From: Arenicellales bacterium
GTDB lineage: Bacteria; Pseudomonadota; Gammaproteobacteria; BMS3Bbin11
Length of the DNA stretch: 64,000 nt
NCBI GenBank assembly: GCA_048550195.1
Contig: JBLYYR010000200.1
Coordinates: 3,721 to 67,720, forward strand
Reading direction: 5' to 3'
Shown here piece by piece: positions 17,724 to 29,428 of this stretch. The notes beneath the pieces are model-generated. The model saw only the letters and a list, made by a program, of their open reading frames with translations. It had not been told where the DNA came from and searched no databases. The translations under genes were made by a program, and so were the position numbers. How positions within the stretch are numbered: the first letter of the stretch is position 1; the number at the start of each line of letters is the position of its first letter.

Positions 17724-20016
17724 TAGATTTTCCTTCAATTTTCATTAGTAATGGTGGCAATAGCAGGAAGTCAGCAAGCAAGGCCAGGGCAATGACTAAT
17801 GCCGTTAATAAACCCATGTCGGAATTCAGCCTGAATGCAGAGAATGACAGCACCAGGAAGCCAGCTATCAATACGACTGAGGTAACTAGCAGGGCACGGC
17901 CTACACTGGTAAAGGCATAACGCACCGCCTGCTCTGGATCGTAGCCCTTTTCAACACGGGCACGTCGGTATTTACTCATGTAATGCACCGTGTCATCGAC
18001 AACGATACCCAGTGTCATACTGGTGACTACTGACAACCCCAGACCGACTTCACCTACAAAAATCCCCCAGATACCAAAGCCCATAGCAGCTGGAACGAGG
18101 TTAGGAACCATGCTGGTCAAGCCCAGCTTGAAAGATCGCAATGCGATGACCATGATCAGCGATATCAATATCAGAGCTATCGTTGTCCCCGCCAGCATAC
18201 TGATGATATTACGCTTGCCAATATGCGCAAACATCATTGTCGGTCCGCTGGCCGCAGCGGCCTTTATGTAGCTGGCATTTTCGACTAACCATTGATCTGA
18301 ACGCTTTTCAAGCTCTATCAGCTGATTGGTTGACAGCGTCTGCAGTGTCACAATCATGCGTGTTGCTGATTTATCGACGTTGATCTGGTTATTCAGATCC
18401 AGCCCATAGGGTAATGACATCTCATACATCAGCAAATACTGGGCGGCCAGATTGCGCTCACCCGGTAAACGATACATTTTATTGTTATCGCCATGCATGT
18501 TTCGGTTCAACCGTTTCATGATATCTGTATAGACATTGACATGAATGGTCTCTGGTTGTGAGCGGAACCAGTTGGCAAAATCTTCAACTTCCTGCTGAAA
18601 CTCCGGATCACTTATGCCGCCCGGTTCTGCTGACTCGACAGAAAAATCGATGAGATACATACCTGTTAAATTTTCCACAGTAAAATCTGTCGCCTGACGG
18701 AACTGAATGCTTTCATCGAAGTATTCAACAAACACATCATTCAGTTCATTGCGAGGCAGGAATGACACGAGTACCACCACCAGCAAGGCCATTCCTGGCA
18801 GCAACAATCGTTTGTTGTTGACGACGAAATCACCGAGCCAGATCATCAGCCTGTCGCCTTTCTCGTGACGCACACGCACTTTAACAGGCAACAGGCTGAT
18901 CACCGCTGGAAGGAACGCCACAGCAAGCAGGAAAGACATCCCAACACCTATTGCGACAAAGTTACCGAGGTGATTAAAAGGCGGGACGTCGGAAAAGTTC
19001 ATGCTCAGGAAGCCAATTGATGTCGTCAGACTGGTCAGGAAAACGGGTTGCAGATTGACACGCAGACTTTCTACCATGGCCTCAATCTTTGCCATACCTT
19101 CTCGCATGTAATGATAAAACGATACCAGCACATGTACTGAATTAGCTATCGCCACGGTCAGGATCACAGTGGGTGCCGTGGCACTCGGCGGTGTGATCGG
19201 ATAACCTATATGGCCACCTGCACCCATCGCCGACATGACTGACAGGATGATGACTATCATTGTTAATACAGTTCCTGAAAAACCTCTAATCATCAAAAAC
19301 AGCATGATCATCATTACCAGAAAGCTTATTGGTATCAACGACGTCATATCATTCAATGAAGCCTCGGAAAAACCATTATTCATCATGACCATGCCGGTCA
19401 TATAGATTTTAAGGAATGGATATTTTGCCTCAATTTCAGCAGCCAGCTTGCGTGCATGTGCGACCACTTCTGGTGTTTCGGTGGTTTCATCTATTCCTGG
19501 TAATTGTACGGTGACATTTACCGCTGTCACATGGGCGCTATCGGAAATCAATCGGTGGAGCAGAAGAGGTTCATTTACGGCGATGTTCTTAATGTATGCC
19601 AGTCGCTCAGTTGTAAGTAAGGCGGGATCTTCAACCAGGTCTTCCACCAGTAAATCATCCCCCTCCGCCTCGGTATGCTGATAGTTGGTCAACGAATCCA
19701 CCCTCGAAGAATAGGGTGTCTGCCATGCCTTATGAGTCAGTTCATAGATCGCTTCCAAAACGGGTTTTGTAAACACCACGCCATCTTCAGGAGCAATAAC
19801 GAACATAACGTTATCATTTTTAGCATAGGTTGCTTCCAATGCTTCAAAAGCCATACGCTGGGGATTATCCGCACTGAAGAACACTCGATAGTTGGTTGTC
19901 ATTGACAGGTGCTTCCCACCACTTGCCATAAAAGCTACCAGTAGCAAACAGCCAATAATCACTAACCAGCGATACTGAATAACCAGCTCACCAAATTTTT
20001 TTTCAAAGTTATGCAT
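17692..20016 (-). CDS. MMPL/RND-superfamily exporter (COG1033-like, 12 TM)
   Basis: 774 aa, two large periplasmic loops and two 6-TM bundles. Confidence 0.8.
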   Translation of the reverse strand: MHNFEKKFGELVIQYRWLVIIGCLLLVAFMASGGKHLSMTTNYRVFFSADNPQRMAFEALEATYAKNDNVMFVIAPEDGVVFTKPVLEAIYELTHKAWQTPYSSRVDSLTNYQHTEAEGDDLLVEDLVEDPALLTTERLAYIKNIAVNEPLLLHRLISDSAHVTAVNVTVQLPGIDETTETPEVVAHARKLAAEIEAKYPFLKIYMTGMVMMNNGFSEASLNDMTSLIPISFLVMMIMLFLMIRGFSGTVLTMIVIILSVMSAMGAGGHIGYPITPPSATAPTVILTVAIANSVHVLVSFYHYMREGMAKIEAMVESLRVNLQPVFLTSLTTSIGFLSMNFSDVPPFNHLGNFVAIGVGMSFLLAVAFLPAVISLLPVKVRVRHEKGDRLMIWLGDFVVNNKRLLLPGMALLVVVLVSFLPRNELNDVFVEYFDESIQFRQATDFTVENLTGMYLIDFSVESAEPGGISDPEFQQEVEDFANWFRSQPETIHVNVYTDIMKRLNRNMHGDNNKMYRLPGERNLAAQYLLMYEMSLPYGLDLNNQINVDKSATRMIVTLQTLSTNQLIELEKRSDQWLVENASYIKAAAASGPTMMFAHIGKRNIISMLAGTTIALILISLIMVIALRSFKLGLTSMVPNLVPAAMGFGIWGIFVGEVGLGLSVVTSMTLGIVVDDTVHYMSKYRRARVEKGYDPEQAVRYAFTSVGRALLVTSVVLIAGFLVLSFSAFRLNSDMGLLTALVIALALLADFLLLPPLLMKIEGKSNEKNTAASTA

Positions 20017-20051
20017 TATGTTGTCCCAGGTAGAATCTACTACGTTATTGT

Positions 20052-20648
20052 TTATTTTCTTAGGCCATTAATCATAAGAGTGACGACATTGACTGCCATC
20101 TTTTCAAATTGCTCGAGGGAATAAAGTTGCATAAAAAACGGGGTTGAGAACAACGCTGTGGCCTTAACTACAGCAGCAGCTGTTTTGTTTACATCTTCAA
20201 TCAAAAATTCATCACCATCGACACCCTGCTGTAGAATTCTCGCCACCAGGCTTTCCATATTCTGGTTGCGTTCATGAATTAGCTGTGGATGGTTTGTGGT
20301 GATATTTTCAACCAGTTCATTGAGACGCGGGGCATCGTGCATCATTTCGAAGAAGAAGTGCAATGCCGTCTGCACAAACATATGAAGCCGTTGTATAGCG
20401 TCAAGGTTCGGAAGATCAACCACGTTCTTCAGCAATAAATGCAGTTCGGCCATGCACCGGTCTGCGCATTCGACGGCAATGCCCTGCTTGCTGTGAAAAT
20501 ACCGGTACAGATTGGCGGCAGACATATTTACATCTTCAGCAATCTCAGCCATGGTTGTTTTGCCATAACCATACCGCCTGAAGCGTTTCTGTGCAGCGTC
20601 AAGGATCCCGATCCTGATTTGATCTGTTTGCAGTTGGGATTCCGTCAT
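20052..20648 (-). CDS. TetR/AcrR-family transcriptional regulator (start at MTESQ with AGGAAA RBS)
   Basis: HTH GYGKTTMAEIAEDVNMSAANLYRYFHSK. Confidence 0.85.
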   Translation of the reverse strand: MTESQLQTDQIRIGILDAAQKRFRRYGYGKTTMAEIAEDVNMSAANLYRYFHSKQGIAVECADRCMAELHLLLKNVVDLPNLDAIQRLHMFVQTALHFFFEMMHDAPRLNELVENITTNHPQLIHERNQNMESLVARILQQGVDGDEFLIEDVNKTAAAVVKATALFSTPFFMQLYSLEQFEKMAVNVVTLMINGLRK

Positions 20649-20777
20649 TATTCTTTTCCTGATAAAGAAAGGGGAAATAATCATACGCCCTGAATAATGA
20701 ACATTCAATTTAATATTCACAAACTAGGCTAAAAATTCAAAGCTAATCGCTGAAAGGAGCGACAGGAATGTTAGCTT

Positions 20778-21707
20778 TTAACGCTGAACTCCCTGCTGTT
20801 CAATTCGCTGCCATTTTTCTTCGACAAGCTCAACCTCGTATTCTGCCCAGGCCGCAAACTCATTCCTTGTCACATGTCCGGTACTGCGAACCCCGGGTCC
20901 AACTATGGTTTTGTAGATGATATTTTTTCCATCATCATCTTCATCAACCAGTTGCCGGATTGTCCAGTCATCGCCTGCGGCCCCATTACTGTAGTAGTGC
21001 CAGAGCCTGATTTGAGATATGTGCAGGTGTTCTGATCCGATTGAACGTGTAGTCGCGATATTGTAGATGTGCAGCAGGTCCTGTTCGGAAATATCAACAA
21101 AGGAGTTGATTTCACTCAGTGCGTAAACCAGGTCTCCATGAGATATATGGTCGTAAGGCTGTTTTGCTGCTGCTTTACTTTTCCTGTAATAAGCCGGATA
21201 GCGACGCCATGGAAATGGCGCATTAAAGACTACTGCAATGACAAGTATCACAACTACATTCAGTAACACCGGCGTCAGTAAAAATTGATACCCCAGCGCA
21301 TGAATATCTGCTCCGCCTGCCACAGCAGTCAATGCCGTGGCACCTCCCGGAGGGTGGACAGCACGCAGATAATGCATGCCACCGATAGCAAGTCCTACTG
21401 CTACTGCAGAAGCTACAAACAGGTCAGGGATCCATTTAGCACAACTGACGCCGACAATAGCGGAAACCAGATGACCGGTGAATACTGGCCAGGGCTGTGA
21501 CAACGGACCATGTGGAACGGCAAACAGCAAAACAGCAGAAGCACCCATTGATGCTACGATCAGGGCAACCGATTGAGGTGACAGAAAATAGCTGCTGACC
21601 AGGAATATGGCAAAAATTCCTGCAAAGCCGCCTAGTGTGGAAAGCAGTCTCTCAAGATGGCTAACCGGGGCAATTTCTATACCAAGAATTCCCCGCAGGG
21701 CATTCAT
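20778..21707 (-). CDS. HPP-family membrane protein with C-terminal soluble domain
   Basis: HPPGG motif, 4-5 TM helices in the N-terminal half. Confidence 0.65.
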   Translation of the reverse strand: MNALRGILGIEIAPVSHLERLLSTLGGFAGIFAIFLVSSYFLSPQSVALIVASMGASAVLLFAVPHGPLSQPWPVFTGHLVSAIVGVSCAKWIPDLFVASAVAVGLAIGGMHYLRAVHPPGGATALTAVAGGADIHALGYQFLLTPVLLNVVVILVIAVVFNAPFPWRRYPAYYRKSKAAAKQPYDHISHGDLVYALSEINSFVDISEQDLLHIYNIATTRSIGSEHLHISQIRLWHYYSNGAAGDDWTIRQLVDEDDDGKNIIYKTIVGPGVRSTGHVTRNEFAAWAEYEVELVEEKWQRIEQQGVQR

Positions 21708-21714
21708 TATCTAT

Positions 21715-23016
21715 TCAATCTCTGTCTTCAAGGGGCACGTAATCTCTTTGTGCCTTACCGACATATAATTGACGAGGACGCCCGATGCGCTGCTCCGGGT
21801 CATCCATCATTTCCATCCATTGCGCAATCCATCCAACGGTGCGCGCCATAGCGAAGACGACAGTGAACATGTTTATCGGTATACCCATAGCACGCATGAT
21901 GATGCCCGAGTAAAAATCAACATTTGGGTAGAGTTTACGTTCCTTGAAATAATCATCTTCCAGCGCGATTCGCTCAAGCTCCAGTGCTATCTCAAACAAC
22001 GGGTCGTCGTAGTCGCCCATATCTTCGAGTAAATCGTGACAGGCATCCCGAATCAGCATGGCGCGTGGATCAAAGTTTTTATAAATGCGATGACCAAACC
22101 CCATCAGTCGATAGTCATCATTTTTATCCTTTGCGCGTGCCACAAATTTGGGGATGTTTTTTGCTTCGCCGATCTCTTCCAGGGTCTTGATGACGGCCTC
22201 ATTGGCACCGCCATGTGCTGGCCCCCACAATGAAGCGATGCCGGCACAGACACTGGCAAATGGGTTGGCACCGGATGAGCTGGCAAGTCTGACTGACGAG
22301 GTACTGGCATTCTGTTCGTGGTCAGCATGCAGTATCAAAATAAGATTCAATGCTCGTGCATGAATTGGATTAACTACATAATCTTCAGTTGGCAGAGCAA
22401 ACATCATGTACAGAAAATTTTCTGAATAATCCAGTCTGTTCTTCGGGAAGTTGAACGGTAATCCCATCGAGTACTTGTAGCTGTCTGCCGCCAGAGTCGG
22501 CATTTTGGCTATCAGTCTGTGGGCAGAAATTTCACGATGGCGGGGATTAGTGACGTCCGTCGAGTCATGATAGAAGGACGACATGGCACCGACAGACCCA
22601 AGCATAAAGGCCATTGGGTGGGCGTCATGACGAAAGCCGCTGTAGAAACGACGCATGCCTTCATGCACCATAGTATGACGGGTAATGTTGGCAGTGAAAG
22701 TTTCGAGCTGAATCTCTGAAGGAAGTTCACCATTTAACAGCAGATAGCAGACTTCAATATAAGTACTCTTTTCTGCCAGCTGTTCGATGGGATAACCACG
22801 GTAAAGCAATATACCTTCATCGCCATCAATGTAGGTAATGAAGCTGCTGCAGGTAGCAGTCGAAACGAACCCCGGATCATAGGTAAACATACCCAGGTTT
22901 GCATACATCTTGCGAATATCAAAAACATCCGGGCCATGTGTTCCTGTTTTTACAGGCAGGTCGACCTTGCTACCATTTCGATTATCCGTGATTGTTACCG
23001 TTTCTTTTTCAGCCAT
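21715..23016 (-). CDS. gltA: citrate synthase (type II, hexameric)
   Basis: 433 aa, GFGHRVYK, catalytic His/Asp context. Confidence 0.93.
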   Translation of the reverse strand: MAEKETVTITDNRNGSKVDLPVKTGTHGPDVFDIRKMYANLGMFTYDPGFVSTATCSSFITYIDGDEGILLYRGYPIEQLAEKSTYIEVCYLLLNGELPSEIQLETFTANITRHTMVHEGMRRFYSGFRHDAHPMAFMLGSVGAMSSFYHDSTDVTNPRHREISAHRLIAKMPTLAADSYKYSMGLPFNFPKNRLDYSENFLYMMFALPTEDYVVNPIHARALNLILILHADHEQNASTSSVRLASSSGANPFASVCAGIASLWGPAHGGANEAVIKTLEEIGEAKNIPKFVARAKDKNDDYRLMGFGHRIYKNFDPRAMLIRDACHDLLEDMGDYDDPLFEIALELERIALEDDYFKERKLYPNVDFYSGIIMRAMGIPINMFTVVFAMARTVGWIAQWMEMMDDPEQRIGRPRQLYVGKAQRDYVPLEDRD

Positions 23017-23151
23017 GCTGATACCCTCTTTCGTCTACTGACTAGCACTTCTTGTCGTTTAGAGCAGTAAATATGTTGAAATGTTTCAGACAGCTCTGGA
23101 TTATAACAGAACGTCGGTGGCCGGAGATTACCGTAAGCATTAACAGTCCTG

Positions 23152-24255
23152 TCAGGCGTCTCCCCGGACTTTCATGTCTACTTCACGCTGTTTAGCAAAA
23201 TCAAGCATACGCCGCATAGGAATAAGTGCCTTTTCTATGATTTTACTGTCAATTTCTATGGCCTTACCGCCATTTAAAAGGATTTCACGTAATTTATGCA
23301 GGGTATTAATAGCCATCCAGGGACAATGTCCGCATGAAACGCAGCTTGCGCCTTTTCCTGCTGTGGGGGCCTCAAACAGCTCTTTATCACCGGCAACAGA
23401 ACGCATTTTGTAAAAGATGCCACGATCCGTAGCGACGATAAAGCGTTTTGCATCACTTTGCTGCACTGCATTAATCAAACCGGTAGTTGAACCCACCACA
23501 TCAGCAAGCTGTATGATTGAACGCGGCGATTCCGGGTGTACCAGCACCCTGGCATCTGGCATCTGCTCCTTCATTAACATTAATTCTTTGCTGCGATATT
23601 CATCGTGCACCACGCAAACGCCACCCCAGAGCAGCATATCAGCACCGGTCTGATGCTGAATATAATCACCCAGGTGCCGATCCGGTGCCCACAAAATCTT
23701 TTCGCCCTGTTCATGTAAATGGCGCACAATATCGAGCGCAATACCGGAGGTAACAACCCAATCAGAGCGGGCCTTAATTTCAGCGCTGGTATTGGCATAC
23801 ACTACGACCTGGCGGTCAGGATGGCTATCGCAAAAAGCACTGAAACGGTCAATAGGACAGGACAGATCAAGCGAGCAGGTGGCTTCGTCTTCGACCATCA
23901 ATACGCGCTTTTCCGGATTCAGGATTTTGGCTGTCTCTCCCATGAAACGCACACCTGCCACAATCAATGTCTGTGCCGGATGATCATGGCCAAAACGTGC
24001 CATTTCCAGAGAGTCTGCTACATGGCCCCCAGTCTTTAGTGCCAGCTCCTGCAAGTCATCATCGACATAGTAATGGGCTATCAGCACCGCATTCTGTTGC
24101 TCAAGCAGAATGCTTATCTCCGCCATCAGCCCGGCTTTCTCATCCTGAGTAATGGGTAGCGGACAGGTGATATTTGCCGCCACGCCTTCTATGCGACTTA
24201 GTTCTTCCTCACTAATTGTAGTGCTGGTGACTTCAGGTATGGCTTGATCTGACAT
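23152..24255 (-). CDS. nadA: quinolinate synthase A
   Basis: 367 aa, three-domain NadA with conserved Cys for the 4Fe-4S cluster. Confidence 0.9.
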   Translation of the reverse strand: MSDQAIPEVTSTTISEEELSRIEGVAANITCPLPITQDEKAGLMAEISILLEQQNAVLIAHYYVDDDLQELALKTGGHVADSLEMARFGHDHPAQTLIVAGVRFMGETAKILNPEKRVLMVEDEATCSLDLSCPIDRFSAFCDSHPDRQVVVYANTSAEIKARSDWVVTSGIALDIVRHLHEQGEKILWAPDRHLGDYIQHQTGADMLLWGGVCVVHDEYRSKELMLMKEQMPDARVLVHPESPRSIIQLADVVGSTTGLINAVQQSDAKRFIVATDRGIFYKMRSVAGDKELFEAPTAGKGASCVSCGHCPWMAINTLHKLREILLNGGKAIEIDSKIIEKALIPMRRMLDFAKQREVDMKVRGDA

Positions 24256-24396
24256 AGGAAAACACTTTATATTTTCTGGACTGTTGATTATTCAGGTATG
24301 CGGATATGCCCTGATATGAAAGCAGGAAAGATAGCAAAACCATTGTCGTTTATAAACCAGCAAAATACATGGATTTTATCAAGAAAAGGTACAACA

Positions 24397-25185
24397 ATGA
24401 TTTACCCAAAGCGCATTGCATTCACCCTGATACTACTTTTCACAGCCAGCATTGCCCAGGCCTCTGATATAGCCAAGGAGAAACGCTGGGCTGAACAGAT
24501 TGTTGACGCTATCTTTGAGGGTGAACCAGTGGCATTGAAAGATGGAGAACTGGAATTTCTTGCTATCTATACCCCATCATCAACCAGCAACACTGCCGAT
24601 GCAGCCATCCTGCTTCATGGTCTGGGTGTCCATCCTGACTGGGACCAGGTCATTCGCCCGTTGCGCACCGGCTTGCCTGAACTGGGCTGGTCTACGCTAT
24701 CACTGCAAATGCCTGTGCTTGCTAACGATGCAGGCTATCAGGAATACGCGCCACTTTTTAAAGAGGTTCCGGGAAGAATCGAAGCGGGAATAAAGTATCT
24801 TAAAGAAAATGGTAAAAAACGCATTGTAATTATCAGCCACTCTCTGGGGGCTGCCATGGGTAGCTACTATCTCGCCAACAATCAGCCAGGTCATGTTTCA
24901 GGTTTCGTTGGTATCGGTATGAGCGGGGGTGGAAAAATCGCAGAGATGGATAATGTAGTCTTACTAAAGTATGTTAATGTCCCAGTACTGGATCTCTATG
25001 GCGAAAATGACCTGGAAAGTGTTTTAGCGTCTGCGAATATCAGAAGGCAATCAATCACTGGAAGAACAATATCTTCTCCAAATTCGATCTCCATACAAAA
25101 AATGGTGCCCGGCGCGGATCACTTCTTTGATGGCAAAAACGACGAACTGCTTGAAGAAGTCTTTAAGTGGTTAAAAGGGCTATAG
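24397..25185 (+). CDS. secreted alpha/beta-hydrolase-fold protein (DUF3530-like); start at MIYPKRIA
   Basis: signal peptide, GHSLGA nucleophile elbow. Confidence 0.6.
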   Translation: MIYPKRIAFTLILLFTASIAQASDIAKEKRWAEQIVDAIFEGEPVALKDGELEFLAIYTPSSTSNTADAAILLHGLGVHPDWDQVIRPLRTGLPELGWSTLSLQMPVLANDAGYQEYAPLFKEVPGRIEAGIKYLKENGKKRIVIISHSLGAAMGSYYLANNQPGHVSGFVGIGMSGGGKIAEMDNVVLLKYVNVPVLDLYGENDLESVLASANIRRQSITGRTISSPNSISIQKMVPGADHFFDGKNDELLEEVFKWLKGL

Positions 25186-25245
25186 CAACTTGCGTGCTTG
25201 ATATTTCCTAAACCGTAATACACAATTCTTATAAGCAGTGGTTTT

Positions 25246-25452
25246 CTATTCAATATCCAGCACAAACTCGACCAATATTTTCTTCGCAACAAAACCGACA
25301 AAACCAAGTCCGAGTGCAAGAGATAAGGCAATATATGCCCATTTCCCTCCACCGGATTCCTTTCCCAGCTTCCAGATTATCAATGCCATCCAGAACATAA
25401 AAATCGTCACTGTTAAATTCAGCGCGTAGTTTTCAAATTCGACGATAGTCAT
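25246..25452 (-). CDS. small two-TM membrane protein, hypothetical
   Basis: 68 aa, two hydrophobic helices; sits in a convergent gap. Confidence 0.35.
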   Translation of the reverse strand: MTIVEFENYALNLTVTIFMFWMALIIWKLGKESGGGKWAYIALSLALGLGFVGFVAKKILVEFVLDIE

Positions 25453-25517
25453 GGGGGCTTTTCTGTAGAACCTGTCAACAGGATTGAGCTTAAGGGAAAA
25501 GGAATGTTAAACAGTTC

Positions 25518-26291
25518 TTATCGAGCTTCTTTAATCACTTCGTAGGCAGCCTGAATCTCCTGCGTTTTTTCAGTCGCAATCTTCATCATTTCTTCCGGCA
25601 GCCCCTTGGCTACCAGCTTATCCGGGTGATGACGCGACATCATTCTGCGATAGGCCTTTTTTACTTCACGGTCATTACTGCTGCGACTGATTTCGAGAAC
25701 GGCATAGGCATCATCGAGGCTCATGCTTTTCCGGCCAGCTACACCGCCATAGTTTCTTTCGGCACCAGCGGCCCCGGCCAGTACATCAAATTCATCGGGA
25801 GAAATACCCAGCTGACGACAGATATGGAGCAGTAAAGCACGCTCTTTCGTGTGCATCACGCCATCGGCATAGGCCGCCTGCAACTGAATCTCTATGAAGA
25901 GACGAATCAGGTGTTGACGGCGATGGCATTCCCGCCGGAACTGCTCAAGAACAGTATCAAGAGAAAAATCTCTGGCCTTACCCTGTTGGAACAGGTTAAT
26001 GGCTACCCTCTGCATTTCTGCGTCCAGCTCCATTGAAGCCATCACCTGTTTCGCATTATTTATTTCATCTTTCGAAACATGGCCATCTGCCTTGGCGACA
26101 TGACCCATAACAGAAAATGTTGCAGTAAAGAAAGCCGTCTGCACACGTTCCTGATCACCTGGCGATCCGCTGGCCTGCAGTTTCATACCAGAATCAAAGT
26201 TATGCCCTATTGCGGCACCCATTAATGCACCAAGCGGTCCACCCACCATAAAACCAAAGGTACCGCCGATCAGCTTTCCCCACCAACTCAT
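25518..26291 (-). CDS. djlA: co-chaperone DjlA (membrane-anchored DnaJ-like)
   Basis: N-terminal TM, TerB-like middle, C-terminal J domain with HPD. Confidence 0.88.
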   Translation of the reverse strand: MSWWGKLIGGTFGFMVGGPLGALMGAAIGHNFDSGMKLQASGSPGDQERVQTAFFTATFSVMGHVAKADGHVSKDEINNAKQVMASMELDAEMQRVAINLFQQGKARDFSLDTVLEQFRRECHRRQHLIRLFIEIQLQAAYADGVMHTKERALLLHICRQLGISPDEFDVLAGAAGAERNYGGVAGRKSMSLDDAYAVLEISRSSNDREVKKAYRRMMSRHHPDKLVAKGLPEEMMKIATEKTQEIQAAYEVIKEAR

Positions 26292-26391
26292 TTCATTCCC
26301 TCAAAATAACTACACCATCAGGACTTACTTAACCAGAACCACCAGACAACCAGCGCTATCAATGAAAATCCTAGAATATTTACCAGAAGCA

Positions 26392-28620
26392 TCATGATTT
26401 ATTACCCGGCTTCCAGAAACGAAGTCGATTTGCGTTGGTCACGACAGTCACTGAAGACATGGCCATAGCTGCGCCTGCCACCATGGGATTGAGTAACAAA
26501 CCACTAACAGGATAAAGGACCCCTGCCGCAACGGGTATACCGACACTATTATAAACAAATGCGCCAAACAGATTCTGCCAGATATTTTTTACCGTCGCAC
26601 GGGAAAGTTCTATGGCAACAGGAACACCGCGTATCGACCTTCCCATCAGGGTTATGTCGGCACTTTCTATAGCTACGTCTGTTCCGTTACCAATGGCAAA
26701 ACCCACATCAGCTCGTGCCAGTGACGGAGCATCATTCAAACCGTCCCCCACCATCGCAACCCTTTCTCCGTCATCCTGTAACTGACGAATGATCTTTTCC
26801 TTTTGGTCGGGTAATACTTCTGCAAACACCTCATCTATTCCGACGATGTCGGCCACTGCTTCTACCGAGGCCTGGCGGTCACCACTGAGCATGACAGTCC
26901 TGATATTTAGCTTGTGCAGGGCCTCAATGGTCGCAGCAGAATCCTGCTTAACCTGATCTTCAATCAGTATCGCCCCTGATAACACGCCTGCTGTTGCCAA
27001 TAAAACCGGTGTGGCAACGGAGCTGGCTGAATTTGCCAGCAGCCCCTTAAGTTCATCGAGATTGACTTCATGCTCTTTCATCAACCGCTCATTCCCGAGC
27101 AGCACAGTCTCACCCCGGCATACTGCCTTTACACCCTGACCGGCAATTGCTTCAAACTGCTCAACATTCAGGCCCACAATATTTCTCTTTTTAGCCGCCT
27201 CTATAACGGCTTCAGCCAGAGGGTGCTCAGAGCTTTTTTCCATACCGGCGGCCAGCGCCAGCATCTCTTCTTCGGAATCACTTAGTGTCAGTATTCGACT
27301 GACTTCTGGTTTTCCTTCTGTAATCGTTCCTGTTTTGTCTAGCACAACGACCGATATTTTGCCAGCCAGTTGCAGGGCCTCGCCGTTACGTATAAGTACC
27401 CCGTGTTCGGCAGCTTTGCCTATACCTGCCATGATCGAGATAGGCGTGGCCAGCCCCAGTGCACAGGGGCAGGCAATGATGAGTACTGTCATCATGGTTA
27501 CCAGCGCGTAAGCTGCTTTTGGCACGGGTCCGAAATTGAACCAGACCAAAAATGTCAGGATGGCAATAATCAAAACTGCCGGTACAAATACTGAGGCAAT
27601 ACGGTCTACCAAACGACCGATGGCAGGTTTGCTGTTCTGCGCATCCCTGACCAGCTCTATAATTCTTGCGAGGACGCTTTCACTGCCGATGTGGCTGGCC
27701 TTGAACAGAAAACTCCCGCTTTTGTTTAGTGTACCACCAATAACAGTGTCACCCGCTTTACGTAGTACGGGCAGTGGCTCTCCTGTCAGCATCGATTCAT
27801 CAATATTGGAGCTTCCCTCGATAACATCACCATCAACCGGTATTTTTTCTCCGGGGCGAACACGCACAGTCTCATCCAGTCCGACATCTGCAATCGGGAC
27901 ATCCAGCTCCCTGCCGTCACGCATAACACGCGCCGTCCGAGGTTGCATACCGATCAGGCGCTTTATCGCTTCTGACGTTTTTCCTCTGGCACGCATCTCC
28001 AGGGCATTGCCGAGATTAACCAGTGTAATGATCACTAATGCAGCTTCAAAATAAGCATGCTGTGCAAGGCTTGGCACCAAATTGGGGAGGAGAACTACGG
28101 CGATGGAAAATAGCCATGCCGATCCGGTTCCGAGGGCAATCAAAGTGTCCATATTGGCATTATGGTGGCGCAGGGCATTCAGTGCACCGCTGAAAAAATG
28201 ACCACCAGAATAGATCATGACCGCCAGAGTGACTGCACCGGTTAGTAGCCAGAATATCTGGCCAGCAGGGGTAGTGACAGGCGGTAGCCAACCGAACATG
28301 CCGGCCAGAAATAATGGCAAGGCCACAATTCCAGCCACCGCTGTTTTGCGCATCAGGCGCTGATAATAAACAAACTCAGCAAGCTCTTTATCCTCTTCAT
28401 CAGCAACACCGCGCATAACAGCGGCACCATATCCCGCTGCCATAATTGCTTCGACAACATCTTCTACCGCCGCCTCACCGGAATAACTAGCGGTATGATC
28501 TGCAAAATTCACCACCGCCTTTTCGATGCCGGGAACAGCAGACATGGCGTCTTCGACTGACCCTACGCAACCTGCACACGACATGCCGGTAACAGACAGG
28601 CGATAGTGTTGTTCAGTCAT
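26392..28620 (-). CDS. copA: copper-translocating P1B-type ATPase
   Basis: N-terminal GMSCAGC metal-binding domain, CPC, DKTGT, HP, GDGLND motifs. Confidence 0.92.
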   Translation of the reverse strand: MTEQHYRLSVTGMSCAGCVGSVEDAMSAVPGIEKAVVNFADHTASYSGEAAVEDVVEAIMAAGYGAAVMRGVADEEDKELAEFVYYQRLMRKTAVAGIVALPLFLAGMFGWLPPVTTPAGQIFWLLTGAVTLAVMIYSGGHFFSGALNALRHHNANMDTLIALGTGSAWLFSIAVVLLPNLVPSLAQHAYFEAALVIITLVNLGNALEMRARGKTSEAIKRLIGMQPRTARVMRDGRELDVPIADVGLDETVRVRPGEKIPVDGDVIEGSSNIDESMLTGEPLPVLRKAGDTVIGGTLNKSGSFLFKASHIGSESVLARIIELVRDAQNSKPAIGRLVDRIASVFVPAVLIIAILTFLVWFNFGPVPKAAYALVTMMTVLIIACPCALGLATPISIMAGIGKAAEHGVLIRNGEALQLAGKISVVVLDKTGTITEGKPEVSRILTLSDSEEEMLALAAGMEKSSEHPLAEAVIEAAKKRNIVGLNVEQFEAIAGQGVKAVCRGETVLLGNERLMKEHEVNLDELKGLLANSASSVATPVLLATAGVLSGAILIEDQVKQDSAATIEALHKLNIRTVMLSGDRQASVEAVADIVGIDEVFAEVLPDQKEKIIRQLQDDGERVAMVGDGLNDAPSLARADVGFAIGNGTDVAIESADITLMGRSIRGVPVAIELSRATVKNIWQNLFGAFVYNSVGIPVAAGVLYPVSGLLLNPMVAGAAMAMSSVTVVTNANRLRFWKPGNKS

Positions 28621-28820
28621 TAATCCTTTTTTTCCGCCGGGTAACCGGCATCTGTCAGGCGCTTAATGGCCTCAGGCAGATCAAAGTCACCTGTCAAAAC
28701 TGCATTGGCCTGCTGCAGATTTATTTCTACGCTTTCAAGGCCCGGTAAACCCTCCAGAGCTTTCTGCGCATTAGCCACACAGCCGTTGCACTTCATATTG
28801 CTAATATTGATTTCAGTCAT
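28620..28820 (-). CDS. copZ: heavy-metal-associated copper chaperone
   Basis: 66 aa, MKCNGC motif; 1-nt overlap with copA. Confidence 0.85.
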   Translation of the reverse strand: MTEINISNMKCNGCVANAQKALEGLPGLESVEINLQQANAVLTGDFDLPEAIKRLTDAGYPAEKKD

Positions 28821-28900
28821 GACAAACTCCTGTTATCGCCCTAGAACAAAAAAGGCGCCGACCAGCGGCGCCTCTCCAGTACAACACATACTGCCATGCT

Positions 28901-29101
28901 TTAGAAAGCCTGTCCGGGTTTTGCTCCCAATGCTTTCAGTATTGTAGCCAATGGGCAGAATCGGGTAAACGCTGACTGAAGAAGGTTTGCGCCGACAAAT
29001 ACCGTCAACCACATCCAGTTCGGATTGTGGTACTGGGTTAATACAACGCTAATAAGTATTACTGCGCCAGCGAAGGCAAAAACCATTCTATCGATACTCA
29101 T
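28901..29101 (-). CDS. DUF2892 (YgaP-like) small membrane protein; start at MSIDRM with GAGGAG RBS
   Basis: two TM helices plus SAFTRFCP motif. Confidence 0.65.
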   Translation of the reverse strand: MSIDRMVFAFAGAVILISVVLTQYHNPNWMWLTVFVGANLLQSAFTRFCPLATILKALGAKPGQAF

Positions 29102-29179
29102 TTCATTACTCCTCATAGCAATCAAAACCAGTCTTTAACACTGGTTCGGGATAAATGATCACATTCACTGTCGAACGCG

Positions 29180-29293
29180 AACAATTCATTATAAGTGCAC
29201 CTCCATTTATTCATGAATATTCATTTCACATCCAGAATCATCCATCTTTGCGTTAAGAATCTTCGTAATAGCTAGCTATTACGTACGATTCTT
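29180..29293 (-). repeat. ~95-bp repeat element, copy C (inverted), immediately upstream of the DUF2892-copZ-copA operon; contains a 39-bp near-perfect palindrome at 29255-29293 and an outward TTATAAT box
   Basis: rc reads agctattacgaagattcttaacgcaaagatggatgattctggatgtgaaatgaatattcatgaataaatggaggtgcacttataatg; aligns to copies A and B. Confidence 0.7.
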
Positions 29294-29428
29294 GCCTTTA
29301 TATGAAAAATTCTGAATGCAATCTGCTTTATCCATAATAAGTAGAGGTGCCCTTAAAATATCAGAAACCGGATTATTGCAGATTAGTAATTGTTGGTATG
29401 TGACAAGGTCACACAAAGGTATACAACG

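Noticed and set aside
25246-25452. Small ORF as a toxin-antitoxin or phage remnant
   Set aside because: It has no partner ORF and no integrase or repeats. It was retained only as a low-confidence 2-TM membrane peptide.
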